IMG/VR virus record: IMGVR_UViG_3300045912_000261
Location: 1-64,000 of that record
Source of the DNA: a virus
DNA: 64,000 bases
Direction: 5' to 3' (one strand)
Made by a program: the position numbers and the translations under genes. Below, piece by piece: positions 9,486-17,419 of this stretch. The notes under the pieces are model-generated. The model did no database searches. It was not told where the DNA came from and saw only the letters and a program-made list of their open reading frames with translations. Position 1 is the first letter of the stretch. Each line of letters opens with the position of its first letter.

Positions 9486-9714
9486 CACAGAACGCCTCGC
9501 CTCCATCATCCTCGCGGGTGGGGTGATCCTGCTTCTGGGACTTCTCCTGGAGTTCGTTCCAGACCCGTTCGTCCTCTACCCCCTGCTCGGAGCCTTTGCA
9601 GGCAGCCTCGCCTGGAGGGCAGTCGCCTCGGTGCACCGTGCAGGCCGTAAGGTAGGCTCCCTCAAGAAGATGCTCGTCTTCCAGCAGATCAGGGACTCCA
9701 ATGATTGGTTCTGA
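9475..9714 (+). CDS. DWF-tailed membrane protein (79 aa)
   Basis: two hydrophobic segments; ends DSNDWF*. Confidence 0.6.
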   Translation: MTSSTERLASIILAGGVILLLGLLLEFVPDPFVLYPLLGAFAGSLAWRAVASVHRAGRKVGSLKKMLVFQQIRDSNDWF

Positions 9715-9989
9715 TGGCTAGGTGTTGTCCCACGGGAGTGGGCTGCAACAACCCTTACGGACACCAGCCCTGCCTACTGGAGTGTGCGAAGGCCTGCCCC
9801 AATGAATCTCTTGCCATCCGCGTTCTCTATTGGTGGTGGCGGTGGAACACTCTGCCTTGGAGACGTCTAAGGGAGCGAGACAAGGCAAAGCTCATGTATC
9901 AGGACACCTTGGCAATGGCCCTACGCAGGCGGGACCTGATGTACTACGGCGTAGGACGCATCTACGAGGATGGCCGTGACTGGTTCTGA
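9714..9989 (+). CDS. DWF-tailed Cys-rich microprotein (91 aa)
   Basis: TGATG overlap; ends DGRDWF*. Confidence 0.55.
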   Translation: MARCCPTGVGCNNPYGHQPCLLECAKACPNESLAIRVLYWWWRWNTLPWRRLRERDKAKLMYQDTLAMALRRRDLMYYGVGRIYEDGRDWF

Positions 9990-10968
9990 GGAGCAGCTCC
10001 AGCTGATCGTCCCTCAAACGTGTAAGCCGGCGTATCGTCCAGAGGACTGCGTCGGACGCGGGCGCTCTTCCAAGGCCTTCCACATGGAGCCCAAGTACGA
10101 TGGGTTCAGGATGCTTGCCAACGTCGAGGAGCAGGTAACGATCTACTCGCGGACCCATAAGACGCAGGAGGGGAAGCTCCCTTGGATCGAGGAGGAGCTA
10201 CGGGACCTCCTTCCGCCGGGGACCGTAGTGGACGGCGAGATGGTCGCCTTCGCTCGGAACGAAGACGGGACAATCCGCAACAACTTTGACTTCGTCCAAG
10301 GGGTCCTCAACTCGTTGCCTGAGAGAGCGAGGAGTCTCCAGGAGGACCTCTACCCCTTGAAGTACTACATCTTCGACCTCTTATGGCAGGAGGGCTCGTC
10401 CGTTGTTTCCCTCCCTTTGGCGGAGCGTCGCAAGCGCCTCTACGCCTACTTCAAAGCTCGAGGTAAGAGTCCCGAGTCGCTCGTGCGCCTGGTGCCTGTG
10501 TTTGCGTGTACGCAAGAGGAGCACGATAGGCTGGTGGCTCTCGGCTATGAAGGGTCGGTGATCAAGGATCGGGCCAAACCCTACGTCCCGGGGAAGAGGG
10601 GACACGGCTGGTTCAAGATCAAGCGCCAGCCTACCATCGAGGCTATCATCACAGGCTTCGATCCTGGAGTAGGCAAGTTCAAGGACCTATTTGGAGCCGT
10701 CCGCTTCGGGCAGTATCAAACACTGCGCACAGGCCACAAGGACGGCAGGGTTACTGAAAAGACAACACTCGTGGAACGAGGCGCCTGTAGCGGGATGGAC
10801 GACGCCACGCGGGCCTGGATGCACGAGCATCAAGAAGCCCTTATCGGCAAGGTGATCGAGGTTTCCCACTTCGGTCTGATGCCTGGAGGCGTACGCTTTC
10901 GCCACCCGCAGTTCGTTCGCATGCGTGATGACAAACGACCGGAGGACGTAACTTGGCACGATGAGTAG
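9970..10968 (+). CDS. ATP-dependent DNA ligase
   Basis: EPKYDGFR (motif I), VDGE, YYIFDLL, EGSVIK, WFKIK, RFRHPQF. Confidence 0.92.
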   Translation: MAVTGSEEQLQLIVPQTCKPAYRPEDCVGRGRSSKAFHMEPKYDGFRMLANVEEQVTIYSRTHKTQEGKLPWIEEELRDLLPPGTVVDGEMVAFARNEDGTIRNNFDFVQGVLNSLPERARSLQEDLYPLKYYIFDLLWQEGSSVVSLPLAERRKRLYAYFKARGKSPESLVRLVPVFACTQEEHDRLVALGYEGSVIKDRAKPYVPGKRGHGWFKIKRQPTIEAIITGFDPGVGKFKDLFGAVRFGQYQTLRTGHKDGRVTEKTTLVERGACSGMDDATRAWMHEHQEALIGKVIEVSHFGLMPGGVRFRHPQFVRMRDDKRPEDVTWHDE

Positions 10969-11227
10969 CTTCGGGCGGGTCTTCGGTGAACATGGACAGT
11001 ACAAGTTCAGGCTGAGCCTGGAGGATCCGCCGAGGGCTGTTATCAAAGGTCCTCGCTTTTCTTTGGGCTTTTCCGAGACCGAGCTGAGGGAGGTGCAGCA
11101 GGAAGTATATCAGCTAAGCTCAGTTAGGGGCTACCGAATGCATGCCCGGGACTCTCGAGTCCTAGACATCCTGATCTCGGCTTCTCTGAACATGATTGCC
11201 GAACACCGACGCCATCCGGGTCGGTAG
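10961..11227 (+). CDS. hypothetical protein
   Basis: overlaps ligase stop. Confidence 0.5.
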   Translation: MSSFGRVFGEHGQYKFRLSLEDPPRAVIKGPRFSLGFSETELREVQQEVYQLSSVRGYRMHARDSRVLDILISASLNMIAEHRRHPGR

Positions 11228-11305
11228 GATCACATGCCGAGCCGACAGTTCGATAGGACAAGGTGCCCGAATTGACAGGCGGTAGAACTAGGTGCCCGAA
11301 TCGAC
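11223..11305 (+). repeat. GGTGCC(C)G dispersed repeat, 3 units (first degenerate)
   Basis: GATAGGACAAGGTGCCCGAATTGAC (11252), GGTAGAACTAGGTGCCCGAATCGAC (11281). Confidence 0.8.
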
Positions 11306-11372
11306 TGGTTGTCTTTACCGGACCGAGAGTTGAAAAGTTCTTGAGGCAACAAAGGAAGTTTGGTGCCCCCTC

Positions 11373-11402
11373 TTGATTTCACCGTGTGCACTGCTGTATA
11401 AT
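11373..11402 (+). promoter_or_regulatory. sigma70-type promoter
   Basis: TTGATT-18 nt-TATAAT. Confidence 0.75.
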
Positions 11403-11446
11403 TGCTTTACAAGCACACAAACTCAACCCATGGGGGAATGCTTGTC

Positions 11447-11929
11447 ATGAGTACCGACGAAGTCGCCACCGAGGCGCAGCCGCTTCCCGAGGGTGCCGAC
11501 CCGGAGCTCGCTGCCCTGAGAGGCAGGGAGCGTGGTGACAAGATCCGGGAGCTGTACGACAACGGCAACGGAATGAAGAGGGGCGACATCGCCAAGCTCT
11601 TCGGGGTTGCGTACCAGGTTGTCTACCAGTACACCAAGCCTCCCGAGGGCGAGCGTCAGTCGCGCGGCAAGGTCATTCTGCCGAACGGCCAGCCCCGTGC
11701 GGAGTACATCCGCGAGCAGGCTGAGGCCGGCCGGACGCGCGCTGAGATCGCCAAGGAGCTCGGCGTTCCGTACCAGATCGTGTACGCTGCGACGAAGGGG
11801 ATGGAAGTCACTCCCGGCCGTCCCGGCGGCGGTAACGCCACCTCCACAGAGCCGGCAGCTGCGGACGAGTCCGTCGAGCTGTCCGGCGACGAGGGCGGCG
11901 AGGAGCTCTTCGACGACAACGAGGAGTAA
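11447..11929 (+). CDS. tandem helix-turn-helix DNA-binding protein with acidic tail
   Basis: internal repeat RGDIAKLFGVAYQVVY / RAEIAKELGVPYQIVY. Confidence 0.75.
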   Translation: MSTDEVATEAQPLPEGADPELAALRGRERGDKIRELYDNGNGMKRGDIAKLFGVAYQVVYQYTKPPEGERQSRGKVILPNGQPRAEYIREQAEAGRTRAEIAKELGVPYQIVYAATKGMEVTPGRPGGGNATSTEPAAADESVELSGDEGGEELFDDNEE

Positions 11930-11989
11930 CCTCTAGGGGAGTGTGGGGAGCGGGTAGCTTCTCGCCCTCAAGAGGCTACCCGCGACCCC

Positions 11990-12562
11990 ATGAAGATTCC
12001 GGATCTCGACGCGCTCGTACGGGGCCGCACAAAGTTTAGGGAGTTCCCTCCGATACTTCTGGCACTAGACCCAGGGGACACTACCGGAGCAGCAATCTTC
12101 CGGGACGGGGTCTTTGATACCGCGGGACACATTGCCGGAGGGATCCCCAAGGTTCCTCGGTTCATCAGACGTCTGCAGCCCAGCTGGATCGTGTGCGAGG
12201 ACTTCCTCCTCTACGCACATAAAGCGCGCGACCAAGCCTGGAACGAGATGCGCACGCCCCGCATCATCGGAGCCATCGAGCTGGTCTGCTGGGATCTTCG
12301 GATTCCGCTCACCTTCCAAACTGCACAGGACGGAAAGAGCTTCCCAACCGATACCAAACTTCGGGCCTGGGGTCTTTACGATAAGGGGGGTCGCCACGCC
12401 CGAGACGCCATCCGCCACGGCATCACCTTCCTCCTCTTCGGGGATCCCACGAAAGCCCATATCAAGTTCCCGACAGGACAAGGTGCCCGAACCGAAGGCA
12501 TACAAGACTCGAGTGAGGATGGGACCGAAGCCGAAGCCGAAGCCCCCACTTCCGTTACCTAA
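11990..12562 (+). CDS. RuvC-like Holliday junction resolvase
   Basis: LLALDPGDTTG, IVCEDF, HARDA motifs. Confidence 0.75.
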   Translation: MKIPDLDALVRGRTKFREFPPILLALDPGDTTGAAIFRDGVFDTAGHIAGGIPKVPRFIRRLQPSWIVCEDFLLYAHKARDQAWNEMRTPRIIGAIELVCWDLRIPLTFQTAQDGKSFPTDTKLRAWGLYDKGGRHARDAIRHGITFLLFGDPTKAHIKFPTGQGARTEGIQDSSEDGTEAEAEAPTSVT

Positions 12563-12670
12563 GAGTGCCTTCCGTAGTGCTGCAGTTTTCCTTCTTAGGG
12601 AACTGGGAGTCTCTCAGGCCGAGGTGGAGCTGATTACTAGAGCCCTACCACAGAAGGCGCCTCGGGGCGG

Positions 12671-12883
12671 ATGACTGCGTCTGAGGGGACACAGGACTTC
12701 GAGTACGCCTGCTGCATCTGCTGGGAAGGCATACCACAAAGCAGCCCTGACGGCGTTGCCCTTACCTTGTTCGACTTGCACGGAGAGCCCATCCAGCAGT
12801 TCTGGGCCCACCGGAGGTGCATCGAAATCGCCTGGCACCCCGAGGTAGCAGAGGATCTCCGCTGGAGACACGAGGCCATTTAG
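12671..12883 (+). CDS. small zinc-binding hypothetical protein
   Basis: CxxC...HxxC; overlapping start. Confidence 0.45.
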   Translation: MTASEGTQDFEYACCICWEGIPQSSPDGVALTLFDLHGEPIQQFWAHRRCIEIAWHPEVAEDLRWRHEAI

Positions 12884-12914
12884 GCTCTGATCCTTGAAAA
12901 TTCGATGAAGACCC

Positions 12915-12944
12915 TTGCAAGGCACTTAAGGGATGCTGTAAAAT
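12915..12944 (+). promoter_or_regulatory. sigma70-type promoter
   Basis: TTGCAA-18 nt-TAAAAT. Confidence 0.7.
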
Positions 12945-12988
12945 AATAGAAAGAGTAGAAGAAGAGTGCCTCCCTGGGAGTACAGTGA

Positions 12989-13603
12989 ATGCCTGCTCCA
13001 TTGCAAGGACTGCGTGGCGTGTTCCTCCCTGTGGTTGACAACATCTGTACCAAGGAGACCGTAGCCTTCGCGAGAGTAGACGCCGGTGATGCTGAAGCTG
13101 CAGCACGACATCTTTGGATCTGGCAGGGTGAAGGAAGCTACCCAGCTCGCCCTGATGGAGCCAAACTTCCTCATTGCGTGCTGGGAGTTTCCCCTTCCAC
13201 CCCAGTTGAGCCGCGCAACCGAAACTTCCTGGACTGCCGTAGGTTCAATCTGCGAACCAAGCCAGCTCGCAACAAGGTCGCGGACCGCATCCGCAGCAGA
13301 TTTCGAGGAGTCCTCAGAGACCCCCATCCGCCCGACAGCCTTCGTCCCTGGCTGGCTTACGGAAGAACACCAGAAGGAGGCCTTGCACGCCTGGGCTACT
13401 TCCGAAGAGAGGAAGAGGCAGCCACCCGAGCTAGGGAGTGGGAAAGAGCTTATCAGTCAATACACCTGGAGGACGACTGGCAGGGCGGAGGTTTCGGAAG
13501 ACACTTGGGTTCTCCCAAGTCATCCTCCAGGCACGTTAACGCTGGCCCCGGAAAGTTCATCGACCGGGAGGGTCCTGAACTGGAAGCTTGGGACTGGTTC
13601 TAG
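12989..13603 (+). CDS. degenerate HNH-AP2 protein with DWF tail
   Basis: FARVD..D...W, VEPRNRNFLDCRRFNLR (HNH DH dyad replaced by EP), SRFRGV...W.AY...LGYF..EEEAA (AP2); ends EAWDWF*. Confidence 0.65.
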   Translation: MPAPLQGLRGVFLPVVDNICTKETVAFARVDAGDAEAAARHLWIWQGEGSYPARPDGAKLPHCVLGVSPSTPVEPRNRNFLDCRRFNLRTKPARNKVADRIRSRFRGVLRDPHPPDSLRPWLAYGRTPEGGLARLGYFRREEEAATRAREWERAYQSIHLEDDWQGGGFGRHLGSPKSSSRHVNAGPGKFIDREGPELEAWDWF

Positions 13604-13689
13604 GAGACTATGGCTTCCAAAGCCCCCACCAAAGTGGAGGGTGGCACTGATAGTGGCCCAGCCTCTTTGCGACCTCAGACTCCTAGGAG

Positions 13690-13908
13690 ATGACTGGTTC
13701 TAGATACACCCCCGAGAAGTACTGCGTAGACATCGACTCCAGAACCAACGGTCACGGCGTCACGTACTCCATCTGGATCTACCCCTACGACCCTGAAGAT
13801 GCCACACCTCTACCCCTTCGCCCTAGTAGGCAGATCTGCACAAGGCATTTCCTCGCTCTTCACGTGGTCGAGGCAGTCGTCAGGGGACACAGTGGAGACT
13901 GGTTCTGA
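13690..13908 (+). CDS. MTGS...DWF microprotein (72 aa)
   Basis: ATG inside upstream DWF motif; ends HSGDWF*. Confidence 0.6.
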   Translation: MTGSRYTPEKYCVDIDSRTNGHGVTYSIWIYPYDPEDATPLPLRPSRQICTRHFLALHVVEAVVRGHSGDWF

Positions 13909-14086
13909 GCTTCCAAAGTGTCACGTTGAGCTTCTCGAAGGCCCAGGACACGTTTACAAGATATGGGAGACGAGACAACTAGCTTCAGGCAGAACCCGCT
14001 GGACCGAGCTCGCCGTCTTGCGACCGCCCTTCTTCTTGGATCCCTACAGAGTTTTCGAGATGGCAAACTCCTATGACTGGTTCTAA
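13892..14086 (+). CDS. METGS...DWF microprotein (64 aa)
   Basis: GTG start reading through upstream motif; ends NSYDWF*. Confidence 0.55.
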   Translation: METGSELPKCHVELLEGPGHVYKIWETRQLASGRTRWTELAVLRPPFFLDPYRVFEMANSYDWF

Positions 14087-14237
14087 CATCGTGGGCGTGA
14101 GCTACTCGGGGAGGACACCTTGTGGCGGATTCTCATACACAGTGTTCCGAGAGACAGGCAAGCTTACTCTTACCCTCAGGCACCGACCGCAATCTCATGT
14201 CGTAGCAATCGCCCTTAGCTCTGATGACTGGTTCTGA
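14073..14237 (+). CDS. MTGS...DWF microprotein (54 aa)
   Basis: ATG inside upstream motif; ends SSDDWF*. Confidence 0.6.
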   Translation: MTGSNIVGVSYSGRTPCGGFSYTVFRETGKLTLTLRHRPQSHVVAIALSSDDWF

Positions 14238-14391
14238 GGGCTTTCTAGGGGTAGACTCCCTTTTACTCCAGGGGCCGAAGGGTTTCACGTACGTTGCCTA
14301 CTACGCGACCCACAGCACTAAGTACGTCATTAGCAGGCCCCTGAGCTCCTGGGTCCTGGATCACCTCCACCGCTCCGATGACTGGTTCTGA
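14224..14391 (+). CDS. MTGS...DWF microprotein (55 aa)
   Basis: ATG inside upstream motif; ends RSDDWF*. Confidence 0.6.
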   Translation: MTGSEGFLGVDSLLLQGPKGFTYVAYYATHSTKYVISRPLSSWVLDHLHRSDDWF

Positions 14392-14545
14392 CGCCTTCTG
14401 GCTCATCCTGTTCTTCTTCTGTCTTGGTGGGGTGCTTCTCCTCGCCATCTGGCTGGTCATGCAGTTCTGGTGGCTCATCCTGGGGTTCGTTGGGCTCGTG
14501 ATCCTCTGGGAAGCTATTGTCCTTAACGGAGAGGAGCCTTGGTAG
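14378..14545 (+). CDS. MTGS-starting membrane microprotein (55 aa)
   Basis: ATG inside DWF motif; very hydrophobic; ends EEPW*. Confidence 0.55.
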   Translation: MTGSDAFWLILFFFCLGGVLLLAIWLVMQFWWLILGFVGLVILWEAIVLNGEEPW

Positions 14546-14794
14546 GTGGGTCTTTTCTTCTACAGCCCTAGGGGCATTAGGGCAGCGGCTAGCAACGCAG
14601 CCGTGGAAATAGGCATCTACGGCGAGTACGGCTTGGGGGACCTGAACCTGATCATCCGCTACCAGAAGAACCTTAGGAGGGTTCGGGAGAGTCCAGAAGA
14701 TGTGGCTGCTAAGCTAACCGCCGACCAGCTTATTGCCAAGCATAGCGACCGCTGGGGCAACCGAGCCGTAGGGTCCATCCGCCCTAAGCTATAA
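14546..14794 (+). CDS. hypothetical protein
   Basis: abuts previous stop. Confidence 0.45.
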   Translation: MGLFFYSPRGIRAAASNAAVEIGIYGEYGLGDLNLIIRYQKNLRRVRESPEDVAAKLTADQLIAKHSDRWGNRAVGSIRPKL

Positions 14795-14795
14795 C

Positions 14796-14842
14796 GGCAG
14801 GACAGGGTGCCGAGTCGGCTAGGACTAGGCGCCCGAATCGAC
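14796..14842 (+). repeat. GGTGCC(C)G dispersed repeat, 2 units
   Basis: GGCAGGACAGGGTGCCGAGTCGGC, TAGGACTAGGCGCCCGAATCGAC. Confidence 0.7.
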
Positions 14843-14976
14843 TAAGTGTTCATTCGAGGAACGGAGCCACTATGAAGGTCAATCGTTCCGTCAAGAGCCG
14901 AATGTAAGGCTCCTGACGGGATAAGACACGCAGTACATCCCGTCCAGGAGCGAAATGCTTCTGACGGGAGGAGTAC

Positions 14977-15222
14977 TTGGCCAAGAACAAGGGCGGGGGT
15001 GGCTCCGTCCACAAGGCCAAGCCTACGTACCAGCACAACATTGCACGCTCGGTACGTAACAAGGCTAAAGGGAAGTACGTGAAGCAGCGCGCACGCACGG
15101 AAGCGAATAAGCTCCGTCGGGCATATCGCTTCATCGCCATGGTGCAGGATAGCCGCCGTCGAAAGGGCAAGCTACCTTTCGATCCCAGCGTCGTCCTGCA
15201 GAAGTGGCAGCAGGACGACTAG
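14977..15222 (+). CDS. small highly basic protein
   Basis: GGAGGAG RBS; K/R-rich. Confidence 0.6.
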   Translation: MAKNKGGGGSVHKAKPTYQHNIARSVRNKAKGKYVKQRARTEANKLRRAYRFIAMVQDSRRRKGKLPFDPSVVLQKWQQDD

Positions 15223-15424
15223 CAGTGGGGTGTCGCCACAGGTCTGCAGTAGTAGGTAGCTTCTACGAACTGGCCTCGTGTGTAAAAGACCCGGCTAAGC
15301 GGGCGCGGCACCCATACGACCGTAAGGTGTCTCCGGAAGCGGAGGCCAAACAGGATCCGACTCTCACACGGATCCGACATAGGCAGGTAGTCCAAAACGC
15401 GATACCGGGGGACTGCCTGCCCTC

Positions 15425-15498
15425 GGCAGTGTAGCCCAATTGGTAGAGGCGACGGATTCAAGATCCGGAGGTTGGAGGTTCGACTCCTCCCACTGCCA
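15425..15498 (+). tRNA. tRNA-Leu(CAA), short variable arm, no encoded CCA
   Basis: acceptor GGCAGTG/CACTGCC, D-arm GCC...TGGTAGAGGC, anticodon loop TTCAAGA, T-arm GGAGG-TTCGACT-CCTCC. Confidence 0.85.
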
Positions 15499-15690
15499 TG
15501 CAAGGCCTCCCTGGTTGGGATAGCTTTTTGGGTGTCATAGGCTGTCTGTCAATCCCCTCTGGACGCAGAAGGTGACACAGACTAAGCCCAAGAGGCTCGG
15601 GGTTCGATCCCCTGAGGGCCACTGCGGGGTGTCGGTCAAGACAGGGCACTCGCGATAGGCACCCCGCAACACTACGACGAAGGAGGACAG

Positions 15691-16221
15691 TTGCCGTGGC
15701 GAGCCACAACAACGGGGGAGCACACCGTAAGAACACGTCCCCTGGGCGCGCTATCCAAGGATTACTCGCGCTTGCCCTCCTCGCCGTGGCAGCTGCCATC
15801 CTCGCGTACGTGGGAGGAATTGTGGCAGCCTTCGCGGTCACGTTATTCGAAGCCGGCTGGTCGACTATCCGATAGTGACAGACGCTGGCTTCGCAGGACC
15901 CTTGTGGACCTAGTTACCCCACCTGAGCTGACCGGCATTGTCCATGTCCTCCAGGACCCTCTTGACTACGTTCTAACGAGTCTTCTCTTGGACGCATGTC
16001 AGGAGAGGGAGCTCAGATTCAAGCTCAAGTTTGCTACCAGCCCCGCAGGCTTCTACTATACGCCTCACCCTCGTGCAGTCATTACTCCCAGGGGGTGGCA
16101 CGATAGGGAACTACGGAAGCTGTTCCTGCTGATTCGGAGGGCCCAAACTCGTATACACACAAGGATCCTCCTGAAGGCCTTGTTCCCGCCGGTGACAGCC
16201 GGGAGGCATGACTGGTTTTAG
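15691..16221 (+). CDS. DWF-tailed hypothetical protein; true start probably downstream (a separate membrane ORF 15696-15875 overlaps the 5' part)
   Basis: ends AGRHDWF*. Confidence 0.5.
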   Translation: MPWRATTTGEHTVRTRPLGALSKDYSRLPSSPWQLPSSRTWEELWQPSRSRYSKPAGRLSDSDRRWLRRTLVDLVTPPELTGIVHVLQDPLDYVLTSLLLDACQERELRFKLKFATSPAGFYYTPHPRAVITPRGWHDRELRKLFLLIRRAQTRIHTRILLKALFPPVTAGRHDWF

Positions 16222-16359
16222 GTGGTGGAGTGCCGGAGAATGGGTTACTTCGGATCGACACCGAGAGGACCCGGGTTCGAATCCCGGCCGCTCCACTAGG
16301 GGCGGTAGCTCAGTGGTAGAGCGCTACGTACCCACTCGTTAACGCCTCCACCACCTAAA
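16217..16359 (+). ncRNA. YrlA-type Y RNA with circularly permuted tRNA-like domain
   Basis: 14-bp terminal stem TTTAGGTGGTGGAG/CTCCACCACCTAAA; GTGCCGG...GGGTTACTTC...GTTAACGC motif; T-arm CCGGG-TTCGAAT-CCCGG, then acceptor stem closed by a short loop, then D-arm GCTC-AGTGGTA-GAGC; near Ro60 gene. Confidence 0.8.
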
Positions 16360-16378
16360 CCCAGCCAATAGGAGTCCG

Positions 16379-16741
16379 ATGGATAAGGTTAGAGTCAAAA
16401 GGGACGAGCTGCTCACTACAATTCGTGTGAACAGGGACGCTCACCGAGGAGAGTTCCTGAAGGCCCTTGAAGGCTACAAGAAGGCTTGGGAGGAGGAGCT
16501 GGAGCGGAATCTCGCCGATCTTCGGGCAGGCCGTAAGTTCAAGAGGGCTCTCTCCTTAGCGGAGCCCGAAGACCACACAGCTGACTACGACGCCGTGATC
16601 AAGATGCTCGAGATGTCGGTGGACGACATCGTAGAGATGCCTCTTCACCAGTTCCAGATGTACGTGATGGACCAGTGGGAGTGGAAGCACCGCACCTCCC
16701 TCACGAACACCGTCTACGCAGCAATGGCGGAGCCAACTTGA
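16379..16741 (+). CDS. hypothetical protein
   Basis: AGGAG RBS; good coding pattern. Confidence 0.65.
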   Translation: MDKVRVKRDELLTTIRVNRDAHRGEFLKALEGYKKAWEEELERNLADLRAGRKFKRALSLAEPEDHTADYDAVIKMLEMSVDDIVEMPLHQFQMYVMDQWEWKHRTSLTNTVYAAMAEPT

Positions 16742-16978
16742 CCCGAGTACTCGACTGTTGCTGCTACTGCGTGAAGTGTGTAAGCAGGACCCAGGAAACG
16801 TATCGCCTGCGGGGGACGTGCCCGAACTGCGAGGAGGCCTTTACGGCAGTGATCCGTAAGGGGGATCGTAGGCCAACCATGGTAGACTGCCCCGCCTGCG
16901 GTGTCTATGCCGTACCTTGCTGGGGTGGCCTGGTAGAAGAGCCTGAGCGTTCCAGTTTTTGAAATTTTTCACCTCCGC

Positions 16979-17008
16979 TTGATTTACCATAGCGCCTTCT
17001 GCTATAAT
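16979..17008 (+). promoter_or_regulatory. sigma70-type promoter of the Y RNA-Ro60 unit
   Basis: TTGATT-18 nt-TATAAT with extended TG. Confidence 0.8.
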
Positions 17009-17027
17009 TGTAGAAGGATCCAAGTTT

Positions 17028-17126
17028 AGTGGGGTGCCGGAGAAAGGGTTACTTCCGCATACAGAGCAGGAGGGAGACCTGCACCAGCTGGGTAACCGGC
17101 TGGAACCCGTTCTGTAACGCCCCTGC
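17028..17126 (+). ncRNA. Y-RNA-like element 2
   Basis: GGGGTGCCGGAGAAAGGGTTACTTC...ACCCGTTCTGTAACGCCCC; two internal hairpins. Confidence 0.7.
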
Positions 17127-17135
17127 ATCTGCTGT

Positions 17136-17245
17136 GTGGAGTGCTGGGGGGTAGAGTTACTTCGGTAAACATGGTTCGACTCCATGGTCGCTGCAAAGGT
17201 CTTCAAGCCGGCGTAGCGACTGGACTCTCCCGATGATGCCTCCAC
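17136..17245 (+). ncRNA. Y-RNA-like element 3 with T-arm
   Basis: GTGGAGTGCTGG...GAGTTACTTC; CATGG-TTCGACT-CCATG; GTCGCTGC/GTAGCGAC stem; ...GATGCCTCCAC. Confidence 0.7.
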
Positions 17246-17253
17246 GACAATGC

Positions 17254-17318
17254 GGGCGGTGCCGGATGTTGGGTTACTTCTCATTGGCCGAAAAGACCCC
17301 AGCGACTAATGCCCGCTC
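17254..17318 (+). ncRNA. Y-RNA-like element 4 (minimal)
   Basis: GGGCGGTGCCGGATGTTGGGTTACTTC...CCCAGCGACTAATGCCCGCTC. Confidence 0.65.
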
Positions 17319-17324
17319 AGTCTT

Positions 17325-17396
17325 TGGACAGTGCTGGAGGCAGGGTTACTTCAGTTAAGCAACTGACCAACGTACTCTGTCGTTAATGCCTGTCCA
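17325..17396 (+). ncRNA. Y-RNA-like element 5 (minimal)
   Basis: TGGACAGTGCTGGAGGCAGGGTTACTTC...CTCTGTCGTTAATGCCTGTCCA. Confidence 0.65.
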
Positions 17397-17419
17397 CCTT
17401 AACAAGGAGCCCTCACTCC

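Noticed and set aside
13086-13590. Dual coding by the 205-aa ORF overlapping the HNH-AP2 gene
   Set aside because: It has no recognisable motifs and is most likely a shadow frame; only its last ~35 codons belong to the DWF chain.
13592-14391. Classical integron attC cassette array
   Set aside because: No attC palindromes or GTTRRRY/RYYYAAC pairs were seen, and there is no integron integrase in the window.
15425-15498. Short variable arm of tRNA-Leu as evidence of codon reassignment
   Set aside because: Short-armed Leu tRNAs are known in Actinomycetota, and TAG, TGA and TAA all act as stops in clear genes here.
16299-16325. Stand-alone tRNA beginning GGGGCGGTAGCTCAGTGGTAGAGC
   Set aside because: Only a 5' half; its T-arm and acceptor 3' strand lie upstream, so it is part of the permuted Y RNA.
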